Source: an uncultured Nitrososphaerota archaeon
Lineage (GTDB): Archaea > Korarchaeota > Korarchaeia > Korarchaeales > Korarchaeaceae
DNA length: 48,445 nucleotides
NCBI GenBank assembly: GCA_964618805.1
Contig: CAZUBM010000016.1
Coordinates: forward strand, 1 to 48,445
Reading direction: 5' to 3'
Shown: positions 18,726-27,601 of the stretch, one piece after another
Layout of the letters: each line of letters opens with the position of its first letter
Numbering within the stretch: the stretch's first letter is position 1
Translations under genes and position numbers: made by a program
The notes under the pieces: generated by a model
The model's database searches: none
Told to the model about the DNA's origin: nothing
The model's input: the letters and a program-made list of their open reading frames with translations, nothing else

Positions 18726-19153
18726 CTACGAACTTAGATCTAGCTAGAAAGGGAATAAGGAGGGCTTCCAGATGGCTTCAGGGTGCAAAGAGGGCTCTTG
18801 AGGACAAAAGATGGGATGATGTCGTCTACTGTTCCCAAATGGCAGTCGAGCAGTCCTCAAAGGCTATCCTTATTCTATTTGGAATAGATTACCCTAAAGA
18901 ACACGATATAAGCGATGTTTTCATTAGGCTCTCATCAAGAGAAGATATACCGCATTGGTTCAGAGAAAAAGTTCGCAATATGTGCTCAATAATATCAGAA
19001 CTTGCAGAACTAAGAGGATTGGCTGCTTATGGATATGAAATGGGTGTTGATGAAGATTACTTCACAGAATATGCCCCGGATGCCTATAATTTGGCAGTTG
19101 ATCACTATAATGCATGTAAAAGGCTTATTATGGAGTTATATGGAGAGAACTAA
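18722..19153 (+). CDS. HEPN domain protein (PF05168 type)
   Basis: SQMAVEQSSKAIL...PKEHDIS motif and a 4-bp overlap with the MNT gene. Confidence 0.88.
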   Translation: MTTNLDLARKGIRRASRWLQGAKRALEDKRWDDVVYCSQMAVEQSSKAILILFGIDYPKEHDISDVFIRLSSREDIPHWFREKVRNMCSIISELAELRGLAAYGYEMGVDEDYFTEYAPDAYNLAVDHYNACKRLIMELYGEN

Positions 19154-19221
19154 TTGGATTTGGATTTCTATTGATCCTTCATCGTAAGTCTTTTTGTTCG
19201 TTTGAAAAGCGGGCAGATGGC

Positions 19222-20496
19222 TTAGGTCTTATGGGACTCCTCTTCATATAATCTTTCAACGCTTTCCCTCGCCCTTGCTACAACTAATTTGCCCTCAGAC
19301 GTCCTGAAGATTATTGGAGGCTTCGTCTTACAGTTGAAAGGAAGGTTAAAGACGTTAGTATAGGCTCCAACCATCTCAAAAACAACGAGATCTCCCACTT
19401 CAAGGGCTGGCAGCCTTATTCCCTTTCCTTTTCCCAGAGGGGGGAGCAATACGTCGAAGGAGTCGCATAGGTTTCCAGCTAACTTAACCTCTGTCTTAAA
19501 CGAGAGACTTTTACGCCTTTTTAGGACTCTCACAGGGTACATTTGCTTCAAAAGCACGGCATCAAGCAGCAAATTGTAACCTGCATCGAGTATAGCTAGC
19601 TGCACATTCCCAGCCCTTTTTATGTTTACGACAGATGTTATAAGCAACCCTGCGCTTGCCATCAGAAACCTGCCGCTCTCTACTATTAGATCAAGCTTGA
19701 TTCCTTCCCTATTAGCCCAGTTATTTATTTTTTCCGTTATAAGAGAGGAGAAACGCTCGATTGGAGGGACTTCTAAGAAGTACTTGACTGGATAGCCTCC
19801 ACCTACATCTATAACCCTAATGTCAAGTCCCAAATCCCTTCTTGCTGAGGATAAAAACTCAAGGACCATATCCAAAGCAGAGGAAAACCAGATTGGATCT
19901 AGAACTTGACTTCCCAGGTGAAAGTGAACGCCTATAGGATCTATGAAGGAGCTTTCTTTAGCTTTTTTCAACAGCCAACTTGCAGAATCCTCTGAGGAGT
20001 TATTTAGAGTGACACCAAACTTGCTCCACTTTCCTGAAGCTGGTATCGTTGCCTCAACCTCTAAGTCAGGATTTATCCTTATCAAAACATCTTGCTTAGC
20101 CCCTTTATCCCTCAACACGTTAATTAGCCTAAAAAGACCTGTTTTTGAGCCCAGGGATATGAGCTGAACTCCAGATGAGATGGCAAACCTAAACTCGTCT
20201 TCTGTCTCTGAAACGCTTGAATATACAACATTTGACGCGCTTATACCCGTTTTCTTTAGGAAAAATAGTTCTTCCTTTGAAGCTATGTCGAAAAAAGTTC
20301 CCTTGGAGGCAAAGGTTCTTAGGACAAGCGGGTTGAAGTTGGCTTTAACTGAGTAGGCTATCTTAACGGCACCATCAAAACCAGAAAAGGCATTTCTAAG
20401 TTTGTTGAGGTTTTCAAGCATAATTTTCTCATCTATAAGGTAGAAGGGCGTTCTAAACTCCTCAGCAGCTGAAAAGATAAGGTTCTCATCTATCAA
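19222..20496 (-). CDS. Fold-type III PLP-dependent decarboxylase (LysA/ODC family), substrate uncertain
   Basis: YSVKAN (PLP Lys), SKFG, HFHLGSQ, DVGGG, ESGR, GNLCDSFD and GAY motifs. The start is uncertain (20496, 20511 or 20529). Confidence 0.85.
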   Translation of the reverse strand: MIDENLIFSAAEEFRTPFYLIDEKIMLENLNKLRNAFSGFDGAVKIAYSVKANFNPLVLRTFASKGTFFDIASKEELFFLKKTGISASNVVYSSVSETEDEFRFAISSGVQLISLGSKTGLFRLINVLRDKGAKQDVLIRINPDLEVEATIPASGKWSKFGVTLNNSSEDSASWLLKKAKESSFIDPIGVHFHLGSQVLDPIWFSSALDMVLEFLSSARRDLGLDIRVIDVGGGYPVKYFLEVPPIERFSSLITEKINNWANREGIKLDLIVESGRFLMASAGLLITSVVNIKRAGNVQLAILDAGYNLLLDAVLLKQMYPVRVLKRRKSLSFKTEVKLAGNLCDSFDVLLPPLGKGKGIRLPALEVGDLVVFEMVGAYTNVFNLPFNCKTKPPIIFRTSEGKLVVARARESVERLYEEESHKT

Positions 20497-20528
20497 GCAG
20501 ATTACCCTCATCAAAAGATAAAGGAGCA

Positions 20529-21851
20529 TTAAAGCCTTTCCCAAAGGGCTTTAGCTAGTTCTTTTGCCTTTTCAAAGATCTCATCTTCGTCCACCGTTAA
20601 CAGTTCCCTGTCCTTCATCAAGATCTTCCCATCAACGACGACAGTCCTAACTTGAGATGAATCCATTCCAAATATGAAGTGCCATGGAAAGTTTCCATCA
20701 TGCATGGGCGTGTATGGAACATAATCTAGAACTATGAGGTCTGCATATGCTCCTTTAACCAGCTTTCCTATGGGCTTCGGATAGAACTTGGCTAAGAGCT
20801 CCCTGTTATTCTTGAAAAGCATTTCAAGAACCTTTTCTGCCCCCATCACCCTTGGATCTGAGGTGTGGAGTTTGTGAAGCACGAACGTCACCTTTGCCTC
20901 CCTAAACATGTCCATCGTGAAGCCATCAGTTCCTAGTGCAGGCTTTATTCCCAATTCCAACATTCTAACTACTGGTGCAACACCAACTGCGTTGTTCATG
21001 TTAGACTCTGGATTGTGGATCACGTTAGTTTTTGTTTCCTTCAAAATCCTCATCTCTCGCTCGTTAACGTGGACACAGTGAGCTGCTATCGTCTTTGGTC
21101 CCAAAATGCCGTGATCCCATAGCCTTTCAACAACCCTCTTCCCTGACTTCGAAAGGGAATCGAAGACATCCTCTACCCCCTCAGCAGCGTGGATGTGAAA
21201 ACCTGTATCAAGTCCTTTTGCAGCTTCAACGCAAGCTTCAAGCGTTTCATCCGATAGAGTTAGTTGAGCATGTAGCCCGAAGCTTCCAGTTATGAACTCG
21301 TCCCCTTTGTGCTTCTCTATGAAATTAACGTTCTCATGAATGCCTTCTTTGGCTTTATCCAACCCATCTCTATCTGAGACCTCGTAAGCAATGTTTGCTC
21401 TAACTCCTACTTCCCTATACGCCTTCTCAAGCGTTTCTAAGCTTCCTCTTATGGAGTAGGGGCTTGCATGATGGTCCATCATGAACGTTGTCCCGTGCTT
21501 AATCGCTTCAATTGCTGTAACAAGGCCGCTGTAATATACATCTTCTAAAGTCAGCCTCTTGTCCAGGCGCCACCAAATTCTCTCCAAAATCTCCCCAAAT
21601 CTTGTTGGAGGCTCAACTTTTAGGGGCATTCCCCTTGCAAAGGCTCCATACGCGTGGCAGTGGGCGCATATCAGACCTGGCATCACGACGGACCTTGGAT
21701 AATCGAGGACCTCTTCCCTAGGATTTTCCAGCAATATCCTTTCTTTTTCTCCAACATCTCTTATTACAGAGCCCTCTATGAGGATAGCTCCATCTTTTAT
21801 CAATCCAATGCCATCGTCAAAGGTTGCCACCCACTTACCAGTGATTATCAA
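20529..21851 (-). CDS. ssnA: SsnA-family metal-dependent amidohydrolase
   Basis: MPGLICAHCHAY, WWRLD..L..EDVYYSGL...EAIK.G.T..MDHHASP, HNPESNMNNAVG and LGTDG follow the E. coli SsnA pattern closely. Confidence 0.92.
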   Translation of the reverse strand: MIITGKWVATFDDGIGLIKDGAILIEGSVIRDVGEKERILLENPREEVLDYPRSVVMPGLICAHCHAYGAFARGMPLKVEPPTRFGEILERIWWRLDKRLTLEDVYYSGLVTAIEAIKHGTTFMMDHHASPYSIRGSLETLEKAYREVGVRANIAYEVSDRDGLDKAKEGIHENVNFIEKHKGDEFITGSFGLHAQLTLSDETLEACVEAAKGLDTGFHIHAAEGVEDVFDSLSKSGKRVVERLWDHGILGPKTIAAHCVHVNEREMRILKETKTNVIHNPESNMNNAVGVAPVVRMLELGIKPALGTDGFTMDMFREAKVTFVLHKLHTSDPRVMGAEKVLEMLFKNNRELLAKFYPKPIGKLVKGAYADLIVLDYVPYTPMHDGNFPWHFIFGMDSSQVRTVVVDGKILMKDRELLTVDEDEIFEKAKELAKALWERL

Positions 21852-21978
21852 TGCTTAACACCCCTAACCTTCTTCGATTTCATTCATATAAGGATGAATT
21901 GCACCAAAGCTCTCCCCTTAAATTATGCCTATTCGATTGATTCCAAATTAATGTGGCTTATAACAGTTATTTGATCCT

Positions 21979-21990
21979 TAATCTGACTTA
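21979..21990 (-). promoter_or_regulatory. Candidate operator TAAGTCAGATTA upstream of ssnA (identical copy at 30625-30636)
   Basis: Exact 12-mer in the same orientation, 127 nt and 126 nt before the ssnA and preA-like start codons respectively. Confidence 0.5.
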
Positions 21991-22102
21991 TCTTCTTCCA
22001 AAAGCCTATATTAAAGGAGAAACGAAGCTTTTTCTCTAAACCTTTATTTAATATTTGATAAATAGAGTGATCATAAACTGACGTTAGTTATGGTGTGAAA
22101 AG

Positions 22103-23665
22103 ATGTCAGAAGCTCATGGGAAAACAGCGCTTGGAGAAGAGAGGGAAATAGAGCCGATAGTTGAAATGAGAGGAATAGTGAAGACTTTCCCTGGGGTAGT
22201 GGCCAATGACCACATAAACTTTGAGGTTAGAGCTGGGGAGATCCACGCACTCCTTGGGGAGAACGGAGCTGGGAAGACCACGCTTATGAACATATTATAC
22301 GGCATTTACCAACCCAATGAAGGGGAGATCTACATAAGGGGGAAAAGAGTTGAGATAAGGAGCCCAAGAGATGCGATGCACCTTGGAATAGGGATGGTGC
22401 ACCAACACTTCATGCTCATAGAGAAACATACGGTAGTAGAGAACATTGCCCTAGGCTTCGCAACGAAGTTTCTCTTCCCAACTAAGGAAATTTCTAGAAA
22501 AATCAGGGAGTTCTCCGAGAAATATGGGCTTACAGTCGATCCAAATGCGTACATCTGGCAGCTCTCAGCTGGAGAGCAGCAAAGGGTTGAGATAATAAAG
22601 GCACTGTATAGAGGAGCTGATATCCTGATCTTAGATGAACCTACTTCAGTTCTCACTCCAAAAGAGATTGATGAGCTATTTTCAATACTTAAGAGGATGA
22701 AAGAAGAGGGAAAGGCCATAATTTTCATAACTCACAAGCTAGATGAGGTATTCGCAATAAGCGACAGGGTTACCGTGCTAAGAAGGGGTAAAGTCATTGG
22801 AAAGCTTAAGACAGCTGAGACAAACAAGAAGGAGCTTGCAAGGCTCATGGTAGGGAGAGAAGTTCTCTTCAGATTGGAAAGAGAGGCTGTAAAGAAAGGA
22901 AAGACTGTTTTGGAGGTTATCGACCTTTATGCACTTAACGATAAAGGTCTGCCCGCACTTAAGGGCGTCTCTTTTACCATAGCCGAGGGAGAAATACTTG
23001 GTCTGGCCGGAGTAGCTGGAAATGGGCAGAAAGAACTTGTAGAGGTTCTAACAGGCTTAAGGAAGGCTGAAAAGGGGAAGGTGCTGATAAGGGGCGTAGA
23101 CGTTACGAATGCATCCCCAAGAAGGATAGCTGAGTTAGGAGTTGCTCACATCCCAGAAGAGAGGCTGAAGCACGGTCTTGTGCCTAACATGAGCGTAGCT
23201 GAGAACCTGATACTAAAGCAGTATTATAAGCAGCCTTACTGCGACAAGTTCTTCATAGACAGGAAAAAGGTCCTTGAGAACGCAAATAAGTTGATTGAAG
23301 AATTCAATATAATGACTCCAAGCCCAATAACGCCAGCAAAGTTGCTATCTGGTGGAAACATTCAGAGACTGATCCTTGCTAGGGAGCTTGCAGGGAGCCC
23401 TGATGTGATAATTGCTGCCCATCCAACGTACGGTCTTGATGTAGGTGCAACTGAGTACATCAGGAAGATTCTTTTGAGGGAAAGGAAGAGAGGTTCTGCA
23501 ATCCTCCTAGTGTCTGAGGATCTAGAGGAGATCATGGCATTAAGCGATAGGATAGCAGTAATGTTTGAAGGGGAAATTATGGGCATCCTCCCAGCAGAAA
23601 AGGCAAGTTTGGAGGACATAGGGCTGATGATGGCAGGGGCTAAGAGGATGGGGGTGGTAGCATGA
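22103..23665 (+). CDS. ABC transporter ATP-binding protein (CUT2/nucleoside type, tandem ATPase domains)
   Basis: GENGAGKT, LSAGEQQ, LILDEPT and a second domain with LSGGNIQ. Confidence 0.95.
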   Translation: MSEAHGKTALGEEREIEPIVEMRGIVKTFPGVVANDHINFEVRAGEIHALLGENGAGKTTLMNILYGIYQPNEGEIYIRGKRVEIRSPRDAMHLGIGMVHQHFMLIEKHTVVENIALGFATKFLFPTKEISRKIREFSEKYGLTVDPNAYIWQLSAGEQQRVEIIKALYRGADILILDEPTSVLTPKEIDELFSILKRMKEEGKAIIFITHKLDEVFAISDRVTVLRRGKVIGKLKTAETNKKELARLMVGREVLFRLEREAVKKGKTVLEVIDLYALNDKGLPALKGVSFTIAEGEILGLAGVAGNGQKELVEVLTGLRKAEKGKVLIRGVDVTNASPRRIAELGVAHIPEERLKHGLVPNMSVAENLILKQYYKQPYCDKFFIDRKKVLENANKLIEEFNIMTPSPITPAKLLSGGNIQRLILARELAGSPDVIIAAHPTYGLDVGATEYIRKILLRERKRGSAILLVSEDLEEIMALSDRIAVMFEGEIMGILPAEKASLEDIGLMMAGAKRMGVVA

Positions 23666-24735
23666 GGATCGTTGTCACAAGGAGAATAGCCCCTCCAAGA
23701 TGGTTTGAGATAGCTGTAAGGTTCATGGCAATCATAATAGCCCTACTAGTCATGGCTATAGTATTTTGGGCGTATGGGATTAGTCCAACCGTTGCTTATA
23801 AGAAGCTTTTGCTTGACTCATTTACTACAGCACACGGATTTTCCGAGACTATAGTGACGATGATACCCTTATTGTTGAGCGGAATAGGGCTTTCTATAGC
23901 ATTTAAAGCTCAATTGTGGAATATAGGGGCAGAGGGACAGCTCCTAGTTGGGGCCATAGCAGCAACGGGGCTGGCTCTCAGTTTCCCAGATACCTCAGCA
24001 TACCTAATGATCCCTCTGATGTTCCTCGTTGGGTTCTTGGCGGGCGCTCTCTGGGGACTCATTCCTGCCATTCTTAGGGCAAAGCTTCAGGTTAACGAGG
24101 TAATATCAACGTTGATGATGAACTACATTGCAGATAGGTTATTACTTTACCTAGTTTCAGGTCCCTGGAGCGTGGCTGAGGTCATAGGACAGGTTGCATA
24201 TGCAGGCTTCTATCAGACAAACCTCCTTCCAGAGCACCTATGGCTGCCAGTTTTAGGAGGAACCAGAATACACTGGCCAACTTTACTTATAGCACTTGCA
24301 AGCTTGGTAGGGGCTTACTTGATCATAACAAAGACCCCGCTTGGATACGAGATAGTCGTAGTTGGGGAGAACCTTGAAGCAGCCAAGTTTGCTGGGATAA
24401 AGTACCTCAAGGTGGCTTTGTTGGTTATGATCATTAGCGGAGGGCTCGCAGGAATGGCAGGAGTTGGAGAGGTTGCTGGAATACACCACAGGCTTAGATC
24501 TGGATTTTCTGCAGGATATGGGTACACTGCAATCATAGTAGCTTGGCTTGGCGGCCTCAACCCGATACTTATATTAATCTCATCCCTTCTCTTCGGAGGC
24601 CTGCTTAGAGGAGGCTACCTTCTGAGGACCATGGGAATAAGGATAGGCATAGTCAACATGTTCAATGGGATAATCCTTTTCTTCATCCTGGCAAGCGAGT
24701 TCTTCTCCAACTACAGGATTGAGATAAGGAGGTGA
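23662..24735 (+). CDS. Nucleoside/purine ABC transporter permease 1
   Basis: WNIGAEGQ and NEVISTLMMNY motifs, multiple TM helices. Confidence 0.93.
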   Translation: MRIVVTRRIAPPRWFEIAVRFMAIIIALLVMAIVFWAYGISPTVAYKKLLLDSFTTAHGFSETIVTMIPLLLSGIGLSIAFKAQLWNIGAEGQLLVGAIAATGLALSFPDTSAYLMIPLMFLVGFLAGALWGLIPAILRAKLQVNEVISTLMMNYIADRLLLYLVSGPWSVAEVIGQVAYAGFYQTNLLPEHLWLPVLGGTRIHWPTLLIALASLVGAYLIITKTPLGYEIVVVGENLEAAKFAGIKYLKVALLVMIISGGLAGMAGVGEVAGIHHRLRSGFSAGYGYTAIIVAWLGGLNPILILISSLLFGGLLRGGYLLRTMGIRIGIVNMFNGIILFFILASEFFSNYRIEIRR

Positions 24736-24739
24736 TATC

Positions 24740-25666
24740 TTGAATTCTACGCTTATAATATCCGTTTTGCGCTCTGCAATAAGAGCTGGCACTCCCTTAC
24801 TTTATGCAACGGTGGGGGAGATCTATGCTGAGAGATCTGGTGTTATGAACCTAGGCGTTGAGGGAATGATGATAATGGGGGCTGTCTCAGGCTATGCTAT
24901 GGGAATAATTACTGGAAATCCATGGATAGCCATATTCCTTGCAGGAGTTGTTGGCGCTTTGATGGCCCTAGTTCACTCCGTTCTCAGCATAAACTTCAGG
25001 GTAAACCAGGTCGTATCAGGTCTTGCCCTAACGATGTTCGGGTTGGGTTTAAGCTCGCTTGCCGGAGCTAAGTACATAGGAGTGCCAAAGAGGGCCTCCC
25101 TTACGACCGTCAAAATCCCTGTGTTGAGCAAAATTCCCTTAATAGGCGAAGTCTTCTTCAATCAGGATCCTATGGTTTACGTTTCCTTCATACTTATCCC
25201 AGTTCTCTGGTTTATCCTTTTCAAAACGAAAGTGGGCATCATAATAAGGTCTGTTGGAGAGAATCCAGCAGCTGCGGATGCTTTAGGAGTCAAAATCTAC
25301 CTTGTTAGGCATCTTTGTACCATTTTTGGAGGCTTCATGGCAGGTTTGGCAGGAGCCTATCTCTCCGTAGTTTACACCCCCGCATGGGTTGAGAACATGA
25401 CCGCTGGAAGGGGCTGGATAGCTGTCGCTCTAACAATATTCTCCCTCTGGAGCCCCATCAGGGCAATGTTAGGGGCATATCTCTTCGGAGGAGTTGAGGC
25501 AGTTCAGTTTAACTTGCAAGCTTACGGTATACCACCAGATGTGCTAGGTATGATGCCCTATTTGCTCACAATACTTGTTATGGTGTTTGGTGCTGAGGAA
25601 AGAATTAGGAAGAGACTTGGTGCCCCCTCAGCCCTTGGGATTCCGTATGTAAGAGGAGAAAAGTGA
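24740..25666 (+). CDS. Nucleoside/purine ABC transporter permease 2
   Basis: ERSGVMNLGVEGMM, GENPAAADALG and GRGWIA motifs. Confidence 0.93.
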   Translation: MNSTLIISVLRSAIRAGTPLLYATVGEIYAERSGVMNLGVEGMMIMGAVSGYAMGIITGNPWIAIFLAGVVGALMALVHSVLSINFRVNQVVSGLALTMFGLGLSSLAGAKYIGVPKRASLTTVKIPVLSKIPLIGEVFFNQDPMVYVSFILIPVLWFILFKTKVGIIIRSVGENPAAADALGVKIYLVRHLCTIFGGFMAGLAGAYLSVVYTPAWVENMTAGRGWIAVALTIFSLWSPIRAMLGAYLFGGVEAVQFNLQAYGIPPDVLGMMPYLLTILVMVFGAEERIRKRLGAPSALGIPYVRGEK

Positions 25667-25740
25667 GAGAAAAATCCTCAGAGAAGGAAATCTTTATCTT
25701 GATTGAGTCCTCAAAATAATACTACGGGTGAATAAGTTAT

Positions 25741-26955
25741 ATGACAACCGCTCAATGGATTGCTGTCATCGTTGTTGTTGCGATCGTGGCTTCTGGCCTA
25801 ACCTATTTCCTCGTTCCTGCGAAGACAGTGACTCAAATAGTTGAAAAGGAGGTTACTCCGAAGATAAAGGCCGGTTGGATATATGTTGGGCCAATAGGAG
25901 ATTACGGCTGGACGAAGGCCCATGACGAAGGCAGGCTTTTCTGTGAAAAAGTATTTCCATGGTTAGAGACGACTTATGTGGAATCGGTTGCTGAAGGAGA
26001 TTGTCCAAGGGTGATTGAGGACCTAATCGCAGATGGATGCACTGTAATCTTCACCACAAGCTTCGGGTTCATGGACCCAACCCTCGAGATGGCGAAGAAA
26101 CATCCAGACATAATATTCTGGCACTGTTCCGGCTACAAGAGATATAAGAACATGGGAACGTACTTCAGTGAGTTCTACCAGCTTTACTACCTAAATGGTT
26201 TGATGGCAGGCGCCTTGACTAAGACAAATAAGATAGGCTATGTCGCAGCCCACACGATACCAGAGGTAGTTAGGCACATAAATGCCTTTGCAATAGGGGT
26301 TAAGGAAGTAAATCCGGATGCAAAGGTATATGTAAGGGTAATTCATGCATGGTATGACCCAACAAAGGCTAGAGAAGCAGCTGAAGCCCTTATTGCTGAG
26401 GGATGCGACGTCCTTGCCTTCACAGAGGATTCTCCAACCGTGATAGAGGTTGGACAGGAGTATACGGAGAAAGGGCAGCAGATATACACTTTCAGCCATT
26501 ACAGCCCAATGGAAGACTATGGACCGGACTCATGTGTAAGCGGGCAAATTGCGCACTGGGAAGTTATTTACGCCGACATCCTTGCAAAGGTATATTCCGG
26601 CTATTACACGACCACTAACCTGGAGAACATAGACTACTGGTGGATGCTAAGGCAAGGTGCTTGCGAACTTGGAGGAAAGGAAGGAGAGCTAATTAATCCG
26701 AAGTTTGTCGACGAGCTGAAAGCAGTCAAGGTAACTGATAAGATAACAGGGGAAGAGATGAGCGTCTACGATCTGGTCATGCTCAGGCTGAAACAGATGA
26801 GCGAGGACGTTCCTACATTCGATCCTTTCACCGGACCGCTTTATGACAACAAGGGTGTCTTAAGGGCAAGACCAGGCGAGAGATTAGGGCACGACGAGCT
26901 TTGGACAATGCAGTGGTGGTTCGAGAGCGTAGTGGGTCCAGAACTTGGAGGATAG
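25741..26955 (+). CDS. BMP-family (PnrA/Med-like) purine/nucleoside-binding protein, membrane-anchored
   Basis: YVGPIGDYGWT.AHD.GR, IFTTSFGF, IPEVVRHINAF and WYDP motifs with an N-terminal TM anchor. Confidence 0.93.
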   Translation: MTTAQWIAVIVVVAIVASGLTYFLVPAKTVTQIVEKEVTPKIKAGWIYVGPIGDYGWTKAHDEGRLFCEKVFPWLETTYVESVAEGDCPRVIEDLIADGCTVIFTTSFGFMDPTLEMAKKHPDIIFWHCSGYKRYKNMGTYFSEFYQLYYLNGLMAGALTKTNKIGYVAAHTIPEVVRHINAFAIGVKEVNPDAKVYVRVIHAWYDPTKAREAAEALIAEGCDVLAFTEDSPTVIEVGQEYTEKGQQIYTFSHYSPMEDYGPDSCVSGQIAHWEVIYADILAKVYSGYYTTTNLENIDYWWMLRQGACELGGKEGELINPKFVDELKAVKVTDKITGEEMSVYDLVMLRLKQMSEDVPTFDPFTGPLYDNKGVLRARPGERLGHDELWTMQWWFESVVGPELGG

Positions 26956-26966
26956 AATAGGAGCCA

Positions 26967-26988
26967 TCCCCCTCTTTTTTATTTTTTA
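26967..26988 (+). terminator. Oligo-T archaeal-type terminator after the ABC operon
   Basis: CCCCCTCTTTTTTATTTTTT about 12 nt after the stop codon. Confidence 0.55.
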
Positions 26989-27103
26989 AATTCCCTTCCA
27001 GCTCTCGTCCTTATTTGAAACTGTATGTTTGTTAAGGAGATACAGTTTTGTATTTCATCGATTTTGATAAAACCTTTAAGTGAACCGCAGCAAGATCAAG
27101 TCA

Positions 27104-27601
27104 ATGACGGCGCAGAAGTTCCTTGTGATCAATCCTGAGAACTGCACAGGCTGTAGGATTTGTGAAATTGCATGCTCATTCGAGCACTACAAGTCCTTTA
27201 ACCCTAGGAAGTCGAGAGTGCGGGTCTTAAAGGTCGAGAAGATGGGAGTCTACATCCCAAACATATGCAGACATTGTGGAGATGCCCCTTGCATGGCCTC
27301 CTGCCCAACAGGTGCAATTTACAGGGACAAGGACACAAATGGCGTTGTGATAAACCATGAATTATGCATAAGATGCCACCAGTGCGTAATAGCATGTCCT
27401 TTTGGGGCTATAACCATAGATCCTGATACTTTAGATCCGATAAAGTGCGATCTATGCGGAGGGGATCCACAGTGCGCAGCAAGATGTCCTAGAGAAGCAA
27501 TACTTTACATAAGAGGGGACAGAGTTGGCTTTGATAAGCGCAGAAGGAGATCAGAGGCCTTCCTTGAGGTCCTTTCAAGCATAGCTGGGGGAGGTGTCTA
27601 A
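27104..27601 (+). CDS. 4x[4Fe-4S] electron-transfer subunit (DmsB-like) of AOR module 1
   Basis: Sixteen Cys in four ferredoxin-type groups; adjacent to the AOR gene. Confidence 0.92.
   Translation: MTAQKFLVINPENCTGCRICEIACSFEHYKSFNPRKSRVRVLKVEKMGVYIPNICRHCGDAPCMASCPTGAIYRDKDTNGVVINHELCIRCHQCVIACPFGAITIDPDTLDPIKCDLCGGDPQCAARCPREAILYIRGDRVGFDKRRRRSEAFLEVLSSIAGGGV

Noticed and set aside
15644-20544. Lysine/arginine biosynthesis operon (dapA, argF, lysA)
   Set aside because: The carbamoyltransferase has YgeW rather than ArgF motifs, the aldolase has GSNGE, and the context is catabolic with no other biosynthetic genes.
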